DNA from: Geosiphon pyriformis uo1
Taxonomy: Eukaryota; Fungi; Glomeromycota
NCBI GenBank assembly: GCA_016748015.1
Contig: JAAOMT010000181.1
Location: 7,784-71,783, forward strand
Length of the DNA: 64,000 bases
Direction of reading: 5' to 3'
Shown here piece by piece: positions 38,274 to 51,200 of the stretch; within the stretch, counting starts at the first letter, position 1, and each line of letters begins with the position of its first letter. A program made the position numbers and the translations under genes. Below the pieces are notes generated by a model. That model was not told the origin of the DNA. It saw nothing but the letters and a program-made list of their open reading frames with translations, and did no database searches.

Positions 38274-41200
38274 TTATCTCTTTCTTTTTTAATATTGAGC
38301 TCCTGCGAAATTGGTTATGTCTGTTGATAGAACTTTATTTGTGTAATGTTTGATGGTTATGTTGACTATGGCTTTTTGTAGATCTTCGAACTGTTGATTG
38401 GTCATTTGTTCTATGTTGTTGACTGTTATATTTTTCAAAGATCTATCTAATTGTACATTTGGACAATGTCGAAAAGTAACATATAATTGACATGTTGTCT
38501 TATAGTGTAGTGTCAGGTTGTTTCTTCCTATGAATTCTTCTACTTGTCACATTGCTTCTTTGTTAAAAGTTTTCTGGTTGTAGTCTCTGTATGGGTTTTC
38601 TAAGTCTAGTTGTTCTCCAATTTTGTAAAACCAATATATTGGAGGGAGTCTTTTTTTCTATTTCTGGGCATTATCTGGTGTCCACTGATGTCAATCTTTG
38701 TGTTTGATAAATTTTTAAATGATTTCCATGTGCTGTCTTTTTCAGAATTCTGTTTTCTAATTGTAATTTGTAAGATCTGTTTCCTAAAATTTCATGTATG
38801 TGAAATGGTCTATCTTATTTTGAATTAAACTTTCTATTCCACTGTTTTTCCACTTTGGTATAATGTAACAGTACTTTGTTTCCAATCCAGAATTCGACTG
38901 GTTTATCTGGTAGTTGGTTATTATGCCTTTTTTTTTGTTTTTTTTGTGATTTTTAAATGTTATCAGCTGCTCTTTACTGTTTGTTTTCTAGTGTTTCTAT
39001 TACATCATATGTTCTTTTCAGCAATGTTTCTTGGAAATTGTCTTTTGTTATTGGTTTTATTGGATATATATTGATCACTATCTTAACTGATAGTGTTGCT
39101 GTTCTATTGTATACTAATTTAAATAGTGTTGCTTGTGTAGTATCTTGCTTCATCATCCGATAAGCAAATAGTATTGATGATATAAATAAGTCCTATTTGT
39201 TCTGGTTTTCTTGGCTGATCTTGGCTATCACTTTACACAATGTTCTATTGAATCTTTTGACTAATCCATTGGTTTGTGGGTAATATGGTGATGATAATAG
39301 TTTCTTCATTCTGAATCTTTGACTCAGTTCTGTTAATGTTTTATTCACAAAGTGAGTTCCTTGGTTGAATAATAATTATTTTGGACATCCATGTTGACAA
39401 ATCAGATCTTAATGGACAAATTTGGCAACAAATTCTGCATCTGCTCTTTGAATTGCTTTTGCTTCTGGCCATTTAGTGAGATAATCTATGGCTACAGTAA
39501 TGTATTTGTTCTCTCTACTAGTTATTGTTAATAGTCTAACTAAGTCAATTCCAATTTGCTTGAATGGTTGTCCTACTTTGATTGGTCTTAATGGCTTGCT
39601 AGGTTTTGTTCTTCTTCTTTTCTGACAAGCATTACAATTTTGCACATATTGGATGATGTCTGGGTACATGGATGGCCAATAGTATCTATTTCTGGTTCTT
39701 TCTATGGTTGCTTCTTTGTGAAAATGTCCTGCTGTTGGATCGGAGTGCATGTTGAATAATATTGTTTCTTTCTCTGGTTTCATGATTACTCTGGTTGGTT
39801 GATCTGAATTCTTTCTGTTTTTCTGATAAAGTATATTTTGGTAAGTAATAAAATATTTGGACTGTTGTTTGATATGGTTTTGTTCCTTTTGAGATAATTT
39901 CTCCTTGAACTGTTGGGTATTTATAAAATGTTGAAATTGTTGATATTTTTGTTTATTCATCTTTTGTTATATTTTTGGGTTGAAATGTCCTTAAATTTGT
40001 CTTATTTGTGATAAACTGTCAGCATTTCCATTTTCTTTTTCTTTTTTGTAGTGTATAGTATATTTAAATAGTGAAAGTTCTATTTTCCATTAAGTGTAAT
40101 GATCATCTCCAAATTCTTGCTTCTGGATTGAAGTCAATCCTTTATGATCAGTGTATATGTCAAACTTCTGGCTTAAGTATTTTTTCCATTTCATAACTGC
40201 CCAATAGATTGCTAAGTGTTCTAATGCTTGTGTTCTATAGTTCTTTTCAGCTGGACTTAAACTTTGGCTGGTATATGCTACTGGATGTTCTCTTCCATCT
40301 GGTTTTTTCTGCAATAGTACTACTTCCAATGCTTGGCCTGATGCATCAGTGGTGATAATGAATGGTTTATTGTGATCTGGATACATCAACACTGGAGCTT
40401 AAATAAGCTTTCTTCTTAATATGTTAAAAGCTTCTTGCTGGTTTTTTGTCTATTTATATTTAATGTTTTTTGATTGGAGCTGGTGTAATAGCTGGGCCAG
40501 TTTAGAAAAATCTTTGATAAAGTGGTAATAGTATCTGGCAAATCCCAAGAATGCTCTTAGTTCTGTTAAATTAGTTGGTACTGAAAAGTTCTTAACTATC
40601 TCAATCTTGTCTGGATCTGTTTTGATACTGTCTTTGTTTATAATATGTCCCAAAAACTTGAGTTCAGTTTTTTCAAAGAAACACTTGGTTGCATTTAATT
40701 TTAATCCAGCTTTTCTTAGTCTTTTAAACACTTGTTGAAGATGATGCAAATGATTGTCAAATGTCTTGAAGAACACATTTGTGTTATCTAAGTAAACAAC
40801 TACTGATTTCTATAGTAGTCTGGTGTAAATGATTTTCATTAGTCATTGGAAGATGACTGGTGCATTCATCAAACCAAATGGTATTACTTCAAATTTGAAA
40901 TTCTTTTCTCATATTGTAAAAGCCATTTTCTCTTTATCTTCTGGTTTTATGGCTACTTGCCAGTAACCATTGTTTAAGTCCAAAGTTGAGAACCATTTCT
41001 TTTCTCCAAAAGCATTAAACAATTTTTGGATCTTTGGAGTCAGGTAACTATTTCTTTTTGTTACTCTATTCAGTTTTTTGTAATTCACACAAAAGTGGAT
41101 TTTCCCATTTTTCTTATGGACTAGTACTACTGGTAATGACCATGGGCTCATTGATGGCTGAATTAGCCTATTGTTAAGCATCTGATTGATTTCTTGATGA

Positions 41201-41829
41201 ATGATTTCATGGCTGGTTGGTGGTACTCTGTATGCTTGTTGTTTTATTGGCATTACATCTCCAGTCTTGATCTAATGCTGGATGATGTCAGTATGGCCAA
41301 ATTCATTTTTGCTGGCAAAAATGTCATTAAAATTGTTGAGTAACATCTTAAGCTGCATATGTTGAAGTGGGTCTAAGTTTCCTATGTTCATTTGTTCTAA
41401 TTGTTCTGATTGGAGCAGATAATATTTGTTCCATCCATAAATTGTTTGTGATGTGATATCTCCATATTTGCAAAGCTGTGGGAAATCTGGAATGGGGTTT
41501 GGTGTCTGTTCTTTAACTTCAGTACTTAAATACCTGATGGTGGTTCTTTTTGGTATTTCTATGATGTTTTCTGTTGTGTTGTAGATGAAAATTTTGATAT
41601 GTTTCTTGTTTTTGGCTGGTATGTAAAGATTGATAAGTCCAATTTCTTCTGATTTGCAAATGGTTGGTTCCACTTCAAAAATTTGTGCCTGATCTTTCAT
41701 TTTTCTTTCTATGGTTAACATGTACTGGTCATATAATAAAATGGAAATTAATTGACAGGTGAATATAATTTCTCTCTTGTCAATAACCTCTTCTTCTGCC
41801 ATATTGACTAGTACATCTATTCTACTTAT

Positions 41830-42215
41830 TGATCCGAATCTTTGTATCTCTCTAGCTGTAATTCCTAATTTTTCTCTGTTTCCCATTGATACTAATTGAG
41901 CTATTTTAACCAGAGGCAGGAATATTGCTTGTGCTATTTTTTTGTTTAGTTCTATCATATAGGTCTTTTTTGAGTTATTTTGTAGCATAGCAATGATATT
42001 TCTCACATATTCAGCATCAATTATTCCTCCTCTAATGCTGATTTTTTTTTCACTAAGCTACTTCTAGATGCTAATTGAATCATTATTGTTCTAGAGATTT
42101 CCAGTGCAACTTTGAGATCAATGCAGATGTGTGAATGTGGTTTCAATTTGATGGCATTTTTTCTCAGATATCTCAAATCAAATCTTACATCAGTATCATG
42201 TGTGCATTCTGGCAT
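41830..42215 (-). pseudogene. dUTPase domain within Gypsy pol
   Basis: PE.THDTD.RFDL.Y (motif 1), ASRSSL (motif 2), GIIDA.Y.RNI (motif 3), KIAQAI (motif 4), R.IQRFGS (motif 5). Confidence 0.85.
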
Positions 42216-45200
42216 AATACTTTCATCATTGTCACTGAACCATCTGAATTCCTGCTTCTTGGAGAGATTAGAAAGTGCAATGTACTGTTTGGAGTCTAAA
42301 TCTGAGTTTAAATTGCCATTGTTATTGCTGTTGTTATTTTGAACGGAGCTGGAACCATTGTTGTCATTATTATTTGGATTTAAATTGGAATTAAAAGTTG
42401 AATCCAATTCTGATGTACAGCTGCTGATTGGTTTTTCCTCTTCTGGGATCGTGTAAATCCTGCATGGTGTTAGATTGTAAATGAGGTCACACTTATTACA
42501 ATACTAAAAGTCACATGGGATCAAACAGTGGTCATATAATCAGATGTTTATTTCTTCCAAGCACTGTTTTTGTTCCTTTCAAGTGGGTGCTAAATTTTGG
42601 TAATGTTTATGAAATTTCTCTGGGCCTGTCTCAATATCTAAAAAAACATTGGGAATAAGAACAACTTCAACTGGTTTAGAAAAATTGTTTTTTATTTCTA
42701 AGATCTTACTGGGCAAAGCGTCTTTTATCTTGGTATTAGCCATTCTCCAGATTTTGCTTTCATCGTGTGAGTAACTGTCCAGGCAAGAGATCACTTGATG
42801 CCAGGCTGCAGTTATTGGAATTCCTCGACTTACCCAGTTATTAATGAGAATTGTGTATTGACATGATGCGTTGCAGGTTTTTCTTTGACCAGAAATGTTG
42901 TTCCATATTCCTTTGTTGAGCAGTTGTTTGCCACAAGCAAGACATGGTTCATTGTTTCACTTGTCTTAGTATTTTGAGTAACCATAGCATTTACGGTAGC
43001 ATAGTTTGCAATAGTAATGGGTTTGTGTCCAATAGTCTTTGTCGGGTGCAATTCAAGCTCCCATGGAGGACAACTTTTTCCTGTAGTCTTTGCACTGGAA
43101 TGGGATATAGGGTGGTTCTGGTCTGGTGTCAGTTGAATAAGAACTTCTCCAACCACTGGTAATTTCATTGGTGATATCTTCTTGTGGCTCGTTTTCTTCT
43201 TTTCTTTTCCTTTTGTTGTCCCAAGACAGTATTGGCAATAATTCATTGTAATTAATGTCAACCCACGAAACTTAATAGGCTTTTCAGATAAGTTTCTTCT
43301 CTTTTTCCTCAAATTCAATTAGTAGTGTGGTTGTAGTGGTCTTGAAGTGTCCACAGATGGCTGGTACTCTAGTATGTTGCCCATTTTGGCTGAGCTGTAG
43401 CTCTTGGTGTTCCAGTTGAGCATGGCATTGGTTTTAGACAGCCAGTCATTACCAATAAAAGCTTGGTACTGAATGGCTTCTATGACTAAAACTTTGATTG
43501 GTACAATGATACCATTGACTTCAATAAGAAAATTGTCAATTTCGCCAATTGGAGTTTTGGTGGTTCTATCAGCAATGATAATTTTGGCACTGGCAGCACA
43601 ATCAACTTGGTGACCTAATTGGTCCATGAGTTGTCATGTGATAATGCTGCCTGCTGAACCACTGTCTAGGATCAGCTTGATGGTCTACCCATCAACCTTG
43701 GCATCAGTGTATATGGCAGTAATGAGTTTTATATCAAGGGCAGCTCTACTAAAGAGAAGAGTTTCAGTTGGTTCCTCAATTTTAAAGAGAAAAATAGCTG
43801 CTAATAATTCATTATTTGTGATGGTGGCTGGAGGTATGTTGTTATTGATTGTTTGGTTCAGAGAGGTTTTTAGGTTGTTGTTGGTCAAAACATCTTCTAA
43901 GACAACCAGAAAACTCAGATAGTTCTAGAAACTCTGATTTTGGTTGTACCTATTTCCCAAATTCCTGGGATATAATCCTAAGGTGTGGTTAGATAAACTG
44001 GGGATCAGTTGATGTACAACTATCGCTGATCTCCAGTTTTGCTAAACAATTTTTGGATTTTGGTTTTCAGATAATGTCTGGATTGGATGGTGTGGTGGGG
44101 TTTGAATTTGTTGTGGCTGATATATTACTTGCAGCTATGGCTGGTAGATAACTAATGCTGGGGTTTGGTATATTGGTTGTTGTGCTATTTGAGTATAGTG
44201 TGATTGATAGTAATCTTAATTTGGGTAGTGGTTTGGAGTTTGAAATCTGCAATTGGAGTTTTGATTTTAATTCTCTGATCGTAGATTATTGCTATAACTT
44301 TGGTAGCTAGCTCTGATGTGATCTTGTTTATCACAATTATAGCAACTATGTATCTCTTGCTGTCATGGCTGATTGGATAATGATGATAAAAGACATAACT
44401 GATTTTGGAAATGATTTGTGTTTCCTGAATTATCGCATCATTGTGGAGGCTGATAAATTGCTTGATTGTCAACTAAGTATCCTTCTAGTTTTTGATTAAT
44501 TGAATCACTGAATTGTTTCAATTTAGAATCCAATTCAGATGATCTATTCATCACTAGATTTATGGCTTGGGCATGATTGGTTTTGAGTTCAGCTGTTTCA
44601 AAATCTCTGGCATTTGTAATGGCAGCTTGAAGATCTGTCAGGTGTATTGGATATATGTGTTGGAGAATACTACTGTATAGGCCTTGAATGAATTGATTTA
44701 GGATTTGTGGTGCTATGAAATAATTAGCCTGTATGGCCTAGATTTGGCACAGATTTCTGTGAAAGCATCTTAAGTAAGTAGTGACTGCTTCATTTTCTCT
44801 TTGCTTGATAGTAAAAGTGTTTGCCAAATGATTGATGCTATTATTATTACTAAAGTATCATAAGAATGCAAGTTTGAATGCATTGAAATCTTGGGGTTTG
44901 TTGGCTAGGCTTTGATATCATGAATTGACAGTATCTTGGAGAAAGTAAGGAATTGTTTGAAGGGCTCTTGCATTGTTCCATTTATTTGCTGTGATGGCCT
45001 TTTCAATGTTGTTGAGCCATATTTGGGCATCATCTTCTTTGTCAGTGAACTTTTCAAGTTTCGCTATTGGAGTGTAGGTCATTAGATCCAAATTCAATTG
45101 TTGTGGTTGTGGTTGTTGCAACGGCTGTTGGGGTTGTTGAAGTAGTGGTTGAATAGATTGCTGAAGTGGCTGTGGTGTGGTTTCAGTATTAGTACAATTG

Positions 45201-46072
45201 GTGGCTGATTGATAATGATTATTGGTGGTAAGTTTCCCTGATTAATTAACTTGGAGTTTAGATTATTCAGAGTTTGCTGGGTTTGAATATTTGGAGTTTC
45301 AATTTCTGGATTTTCTGTGATTGGATTCTGATAAGTAAATTCCTGATCTTTAGCTTCTTCTTCTTCCTCCTCTTTTGGTTCTGTTATTTCCTAGAGACTC
45401 ACATTTCCAAAATCTGGTTAAAGTGACAGTAATCAGAAACCTGATGGCATTGGTGATCATGATTTAAATTTTTTAAAATATTTGCCATATGGTCCTAATA
45501 ACTCTGCTCTTTTTTGTTTACTTTGAAATGGGAATCGTCCAAAGGTTAATGTCACATTTGATGTAAACACGTCTACTGATGATATATTGATAGCACTTCC
45601 TAATGTATAATGATATGATGGATTGATTGGTAATTCAACTCTGGTTTTCTTTCAAGTGGGTGGTTGTATCTTTTTGGGTGTTACTGCTAGTATTTGCAAT
45701 CTTTTTTTGCCTTTGTCTGCATAGATAATAAGGAATTGTTGTTGGGTGTACTTTTTAATGGTTTGATTAATTTTCTTGATAATTGGTACAAAACTGTGGT
45801 TTCTTGGTAAGCTGGTATATTGAAATAATTCTGTATAGAAATTTTCTCTTATGGATTTAATGTTAACTGTTCCTCCTAAGCAGTCTGTGATTTTATTGTT
45901 GACGTAAAAGTTGAAGGCTGATTCCACTGGGAAATAGTTGTTGTTTAATTTTAACTGTTGGCTGTACTGTTGAAACAAGAATTTGGCAAATCCTAAATGG
46001 TTTGCTCCTATGATTTCTGATTCTGCCACTTTTGGATGATTGTTGTTGGTACTGGTTTTCTGTAGGATTATA

Positions 46073-46089
46073 CCTTACAGGAAGCACCA
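46073..46089 (-). promoter_or_regulatory. Primer binding site TGGTGCTTCCTGTAAGG
   Basis: Starts with TGG (complementary to tRNA CCA) 2 nt downstream of the 5' LTR. Confidence 0.85.
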
Positions 46090-46091
46090 AA

Positions 46092-47032
46092 TATTACAGA
46101 TGATTATTTGAGATCTCAAAGCAAATAACAAATCTATAACTTGGTACTTAATTGATGATATTAGTAATGTCTAAAGGTGTTTTGATCGGAAGGTTTTGAT
46201 TGGAGTTCTTTGTATAATGGACAGAGATTCCCATGTTATTTTTTCCATAGCTTTCTGAAATTGCAATTCTGTCAATTTTTTTCTTAGTGTGGTGGCCAGC
46301 AATTCTCTAGTAAGCAATTTGTAATTCTTACACGTTCTACTTACTCGCAGGAGTCTTTTACCAAGCAATCTTTGATGTCAATACTTAGCACTTTAATTTT
46401 TAATCAATTAGTATACTCAACAAAATAAAAACAAAAAAATAAAAGAGATAAAGAAAATAAAGACAATAAGCCAAGACAATGTAAATTAGTATTCTGTCAA
46501 TAGCCATGATCAAAAGCTATTGTTCTTGTATGTTTTAAGTATCAATTATTATCACCATTTAGGGTTGATAGCAAACAACTAGATTTGAGATGCTGAATAA
46601 ATATATTTATTGATATTTTGGAATGCTATGGTTTCTAATTGGGGAACAGTAACTAAGGAATTTTTTTTTCTTTCTCTCTTCCTTTTGTCTCTAATGCTAC
46701 TGCTATATATATGTATTTTCTAGTTTTACAGGATTGCTTTGAATTGTCTGTTCTTGCTAACTATCACTTTGTTTTTTTTATGTTATAACTAATTATCCTA
46801 TGTTATAACACATTATCTGATGTTATTACACATTATTCTATGTTATCCCATGTTATAACACGTTATTTTACATTATAATATGTTATTCTATGTTATAATG
46901 CATTATCCAATATTATAACACGTTATCTAACATTATTGTGTACTATTTTGTGTCCCTTTACATTTTATTACATTTTTCTTCAGGTCATGTTTTTCTTTCT
47001 TTCTTTGATAGGCTTTTTTTCTTCAAGTAACA
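46092..47032 (-). repeat. 5' LTR (941 bp)
   Basis: Matches 37405-38273 but has more copies of the TATGTTATAACACATTATC minisatellite. Confidence 0.92.
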
Positions 47033-47356
47033 ATGTATAGAAATTTGCCAAAATAATTGATAGTTTACTAAAATAATTAATAGTTTGTAGAAATAATTTG
47101 TAGTTTATTGAAATGTATTTTTAGTTTATTAAAATAATAGCAAAGAGAAAAGTACAAGTACAAAAACTAATACTACAACAAATTAGATAAAAAAAAGAGC
47201 TTCTTTTTTCAAAAAAATGTATCTTAATTAGAATTAATTATCTCTTATACATCTTTACAAAATTAAATAAAATTAAATATTCAAAAACCCAAATCTTTAA
47301 TTATTATACTTGAAATTTCTAAAACCCAACTAATGTTTTTGAAAGTGATTAGCTAC

Positions 47357-48252
47357 TGTTATAAGTGATTATTTGGGGTCTCAAGTCAAATAACATTTCA
47401 TAACTTGGTGTTTGATAGCTATTCTCATTGGTAATATTTGAGGATTTTAGTTATCTGAAGATTTGATGGAGTTCTTTGTATAATAGACAGAGATTTCAAT
47501 ATGGTTTTCTTTTTATAATGTTTTAGATGTCAACTCATAGATTAAAGTAGTTGTTGTCTGTCACTTCCTGGAATTGCAATTCAGTCAATTTTTTTCTTAG
47601 CATGGTGGCTGGCAATCTCCTGGTAAGCTATTCTTAAATTTAAGTGTCTATTTTTATTCCTGGGTTTTTTATTAGTGCTATATCCTAATGTTAATAATTC
47701 AGTGCTTTAAGCCTTTTAATAATTAGTTAACAACTGAAATAACAACAGAAAATAAAAGAAAAAAATAAATAAAATAAAAAAATAAGCCAAGACAATAAAA
47801 GTTAGTATTCTATTAATAGCCATGATTAAGAGCTATTGTTCTAGCATGATTAAGTATTAATTACTATCAACATAAAGTGTTAATAGTGGGGAATAGATTA
47901 ATATAGTGAATAATTATTTATTAATATTTATAAATAGAAGAGTTGCTTAGATCAAATCTAAATTAAGAAGTCTGTCTTTTCTTCTTTTAATGCTACTGCT
48001 ATATATATATAATTGAGATTCCTTAATTCCTTGATTTTTTACACCGGAAATCCTGAAATTCTTGGAATCTTGCAATTTCTTTTGAGAAAAATTCTGGAAT
48101 TCTGGAATCCTGCAATTCTCTATATGAAAATTCTGAAATTCCTGGAATTCTGCAATTTCTTTGAGAGAAATCCTAAAATTCTACATTTATTATGACTACT
48201 TCTGATTGGCTAATTTATGTGCTAATATACTTTTTATATTCTATAAGTAATA
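47357..48252 (-). mobile_element. Solo LTR (family-1-related) with 4-bp TSD CTAC
   Basis: TGTTATAAG...TAAGTAATA flanked by CTAC (47353-56 and 48253-56). The empty site is seen at about 521-535 (ATTAGCTACCAATTT). Internal GAA(A/T)TCCTG tandem repeats at 48013-48185. Confidence 0.88.
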
Positions 48253-51200
48253 CTACCAATTTTAATAATCTGTTAATAACTTTAGGTCTGAATAAAAAAC
48301 AATTTCCTTAACAAAATTCTATTTTTTTTATATTTTTTTTATATTTTTCTTTTTTATTTTATTATAATTATTAGAATAACCTACAGACAAAATTTCTATA
48401 AAAAAGTTGATTTTTACAGCAAAGTAATTACACATTTTTAGTAAGCTTCCAGATAAACAATTCCTAAAAAAGAGTTGATTTTTACTATAAAGTAATTACA
48501 TAAAATAACTAGCACAGAATTGGCCATTCTACTTGTAAATCTAGCAGTTCAAATTATAGAAGATAATTTGAAAATAAATTCAGTTATTGAAGATTTAATT
48601 ACTTTCAATAAATACAAATTCACAGCAAACAAATATTAACAATATTTAAGAAAAGAGACCAAAAACCTCCAGTAATACTATTTTTAAGACATTAATCTTT
48701 ACAGCAACAAATTTATGTTTTCAAAGTAACATCAAATTAAAAAACATATTATCATCAACAGAAAACAAACTTACATGAAGGCCAAATATATCAATATTCT
48801 TATAGTTATACTTAGTTTTTAAAACAATTATCTTTCACTCCAGCTTATCAACAGAATCAATAAACTTAACAATAAAATTAACCAGAACAAAAAGCTTGAC
48901 CAATTTAGATTTTAGAAAAATCAACTGAAAAAAAACCACAGAATTATCAGTTATCATATTAGCAAACAAAGCTAAACTAACTGAAGAACAAAAAACCATA
49001 GAAGACACAAAATTTACAGCTTTGACATAAAACTTGTTGTTAATAACATGAAAAACAAAAATCTTAGAAACCCTAAAAAAGAGAGATAAAAATATTTTAT
49101 AATTCAAAACCAGATGATTTGAATTCTAATATCAAAAGCAGTACTAATTTTCAGAAGTTTTTTATTAAATATAGTATTTTTTTAGTGTACCAGTTTTGAT
49201 AATTATAGCATCTAAATCAATCTAAAATTTAAATGTAATCAGAGCAAACTAAAAATAACAACCAAAATCAGAAAAGTAAAAAATAAAACATATTTAATCA
49301 CCAACTTAAGAAATTATATTACTAATTTTAAATACAATACAATTAGAGAAAAGATTAATCAACTTAGTCTTAAATTTATTATAAGACAAAATAGTTTCAT
49401 TTTGATTTATTAAAGAGAGAATTTTCATACTATCTTTACTCATCAAAACTAACCAATAATTCAAAATAAACACAACAAAATTTAGTTTTTTAAAATAAAA
49501 AATTACATATTGCCAAATACCAGTAGGCTTTAGTACAATATGAGTAACTTTATTAAACATACTAAAAACTGTCTTAATATTAGCAGTAAATATACTCAAA
49601 GGCACATTATATAGTACAATAGTAGTAAAAAAAAAACCAGACTTAAAAACCACCAAAAACTTGGCAATTTTAAAAATAACTAAATAAACAGAACTTGTAA
49701 GCTTAATTAAAAAGGCAGTTTTCAAAGATTTTTGAAAAGCAAACTCCATACAAAAGAGTTTTATATTGTTTTTTGACACTAATTTTATATTCAAAAAACC
49801 ATGTACAAACTGAAAAACAGCTTTAATATAAGCCAATTTGATTTTAAAAATAGTACCAAACATCATAAAGAGACTATTTATTTAGCAAATTTTTAATAAT
49901 TAGTAATAATTTTCCAAGCACTATTAGTGACAGTACCAGAAACCAAAAAAGTATTTAAGTTAGTTTTTATTTGATCAGCCCAATTTTTAAGAGCAGATAA
50001 TTCAAAACTGTTGTTTTGCTTTTAAAACCAGTAATAATTTGCTAAAGAAAACCATATTTGACAACACAGCCAATGGTTAATCTTGGTTTATTTTAGATGA
50101 TATGTTGGATAATATAAACAAAAATCTCATCTAAGATCTCATCAAAAATCATAAAAAGATTTGGTATAACAATAGCAAAAGTAAATAATTGTCTTTACTT
50201 TTTTGAACTTTTAAACTTTTTGATTGTTTTTTAAAGAAAAGATGTTAATAGCACCAGATGTAAAAACTATAAAAAAGAAGACCAGCTTATTAATTGGTTT
50301 GTTATTAAAAATTTTTGAACTTTCTAAAAAAGTAAAGACAATATTGAAACTAATTCAAATATGTTTTTTGAGAAAACTTTAACTAATAAAAAACCAGGTA
50401 AAAATGAAGAAAATACTCTAAAGATTATTAAAAGCAGTTTTTTACTATGAATATTTAAAAAAAAAGCTTTTAAAATATTTTGTTTAATAACTTTTATAAC
50501 AAGAAAAACTTTTTTGATTGAAATTTTATTAGATATTAAGTATGATTTTTTTACTTTTTGTTTTAGTTACAATCATAAAACTAAAAAAAGAAAAAGTTTT
50601 AGCTCAATCTATTAATATTACTACTTAATAATTTTATGTTAATTAATAATTTAAATTTTTATTGGTATTATCAATAACTGTGCAAATTTTTATAGTTTTT
50701 AATTTTATATAAAAAAAATTATAAAAAATTCTTTAAAATAAAAATAAAAAAACTTTATTATAATTCAAATTATTATGTATTTTATAATTATTAATTTAAA
50801 ATCTATTATAATATAATTAATTTTATCATTATAAATATTACTAAAAAATTAATAAATTTGTTACATATTTTGATTTTTAATAAACTGTTTTTTAAATAAA
50901 ATTTACTTATTAAATTATAAGTTTTATATATATTTTACAATATTAATTACAAATTATAATTTTTTAAGACATTTTTTATTATTAAATCTATTAAAAAAAC
51001 AGAAAATTGAGTAAAAATATTTTTTAACACCAAAAAAATTGTTATCATAAAGCACATTAAATTTGTTGTAAACAAAAAAAATACAATTAAATAAAAACAA
51101 ATTCTAATATTAAATACAAATATATTTAATAATAATTTAATAATATACTTGTTATAGCATTTTCAAAGCTTGTTTAAAATATTAGTCAAATTAATAATTT

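Larger units (their letters stand above)
37405..47032 (-). mobile_element. Full-length (9.6 kb) degenerate Ty3/Gypsy element: LTR-PBS-gag-PR-Cys-rich-dUTPase-RT-RH-IN-ORF3 remnant-PPT-LTR
   Basis: Two LTRs with TSD ATAT/ATGT. PR LILDSGSAGSII at about 43660. RT with SPWS.PVVLV, LDL..GYWQV and YLDN (for YLDD) at about 40790. RH TTDAS…HPVAY.S..L…EKNY. IN HHCC with GIDL and PQTNGLV. Domain order PR-RT-RH-IN. Confidence 0.95.
37184..48677 (+). mobile_element. Solo LTR family B, split into 37184-37404, 47033-47356 and 48253-48677
   Basis: TGTTATT...GTAATA termini. Pieces are colinear with 1-949. TSD CTGT (37180-83) / CTAT (48678-81). Confidence 0.8.
36947..50610 (-). mobile_element. ORF1-only retroposon, full-length but split (36947-37183 + 48678-50610) by nested LTR insertions
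   Basis: ATG at 50576 and ORFs 49306-49866 and 48835-49107 are homologous to 55795-57922. The 3' tail and poly(A) resume at 37183-36947 across a CTGT/CTAT TSD. Confidence 0.8.

Noticed and set aside
46171-46368. Short ORF inside the LTR (MLGKRLLRVSR…)
   Set aside because: No ATG, and the frame is broken by indels in the homologous LTRs at 4600-4790 and 47460-47690. Conservation is better explained by RNA or DNA elements.
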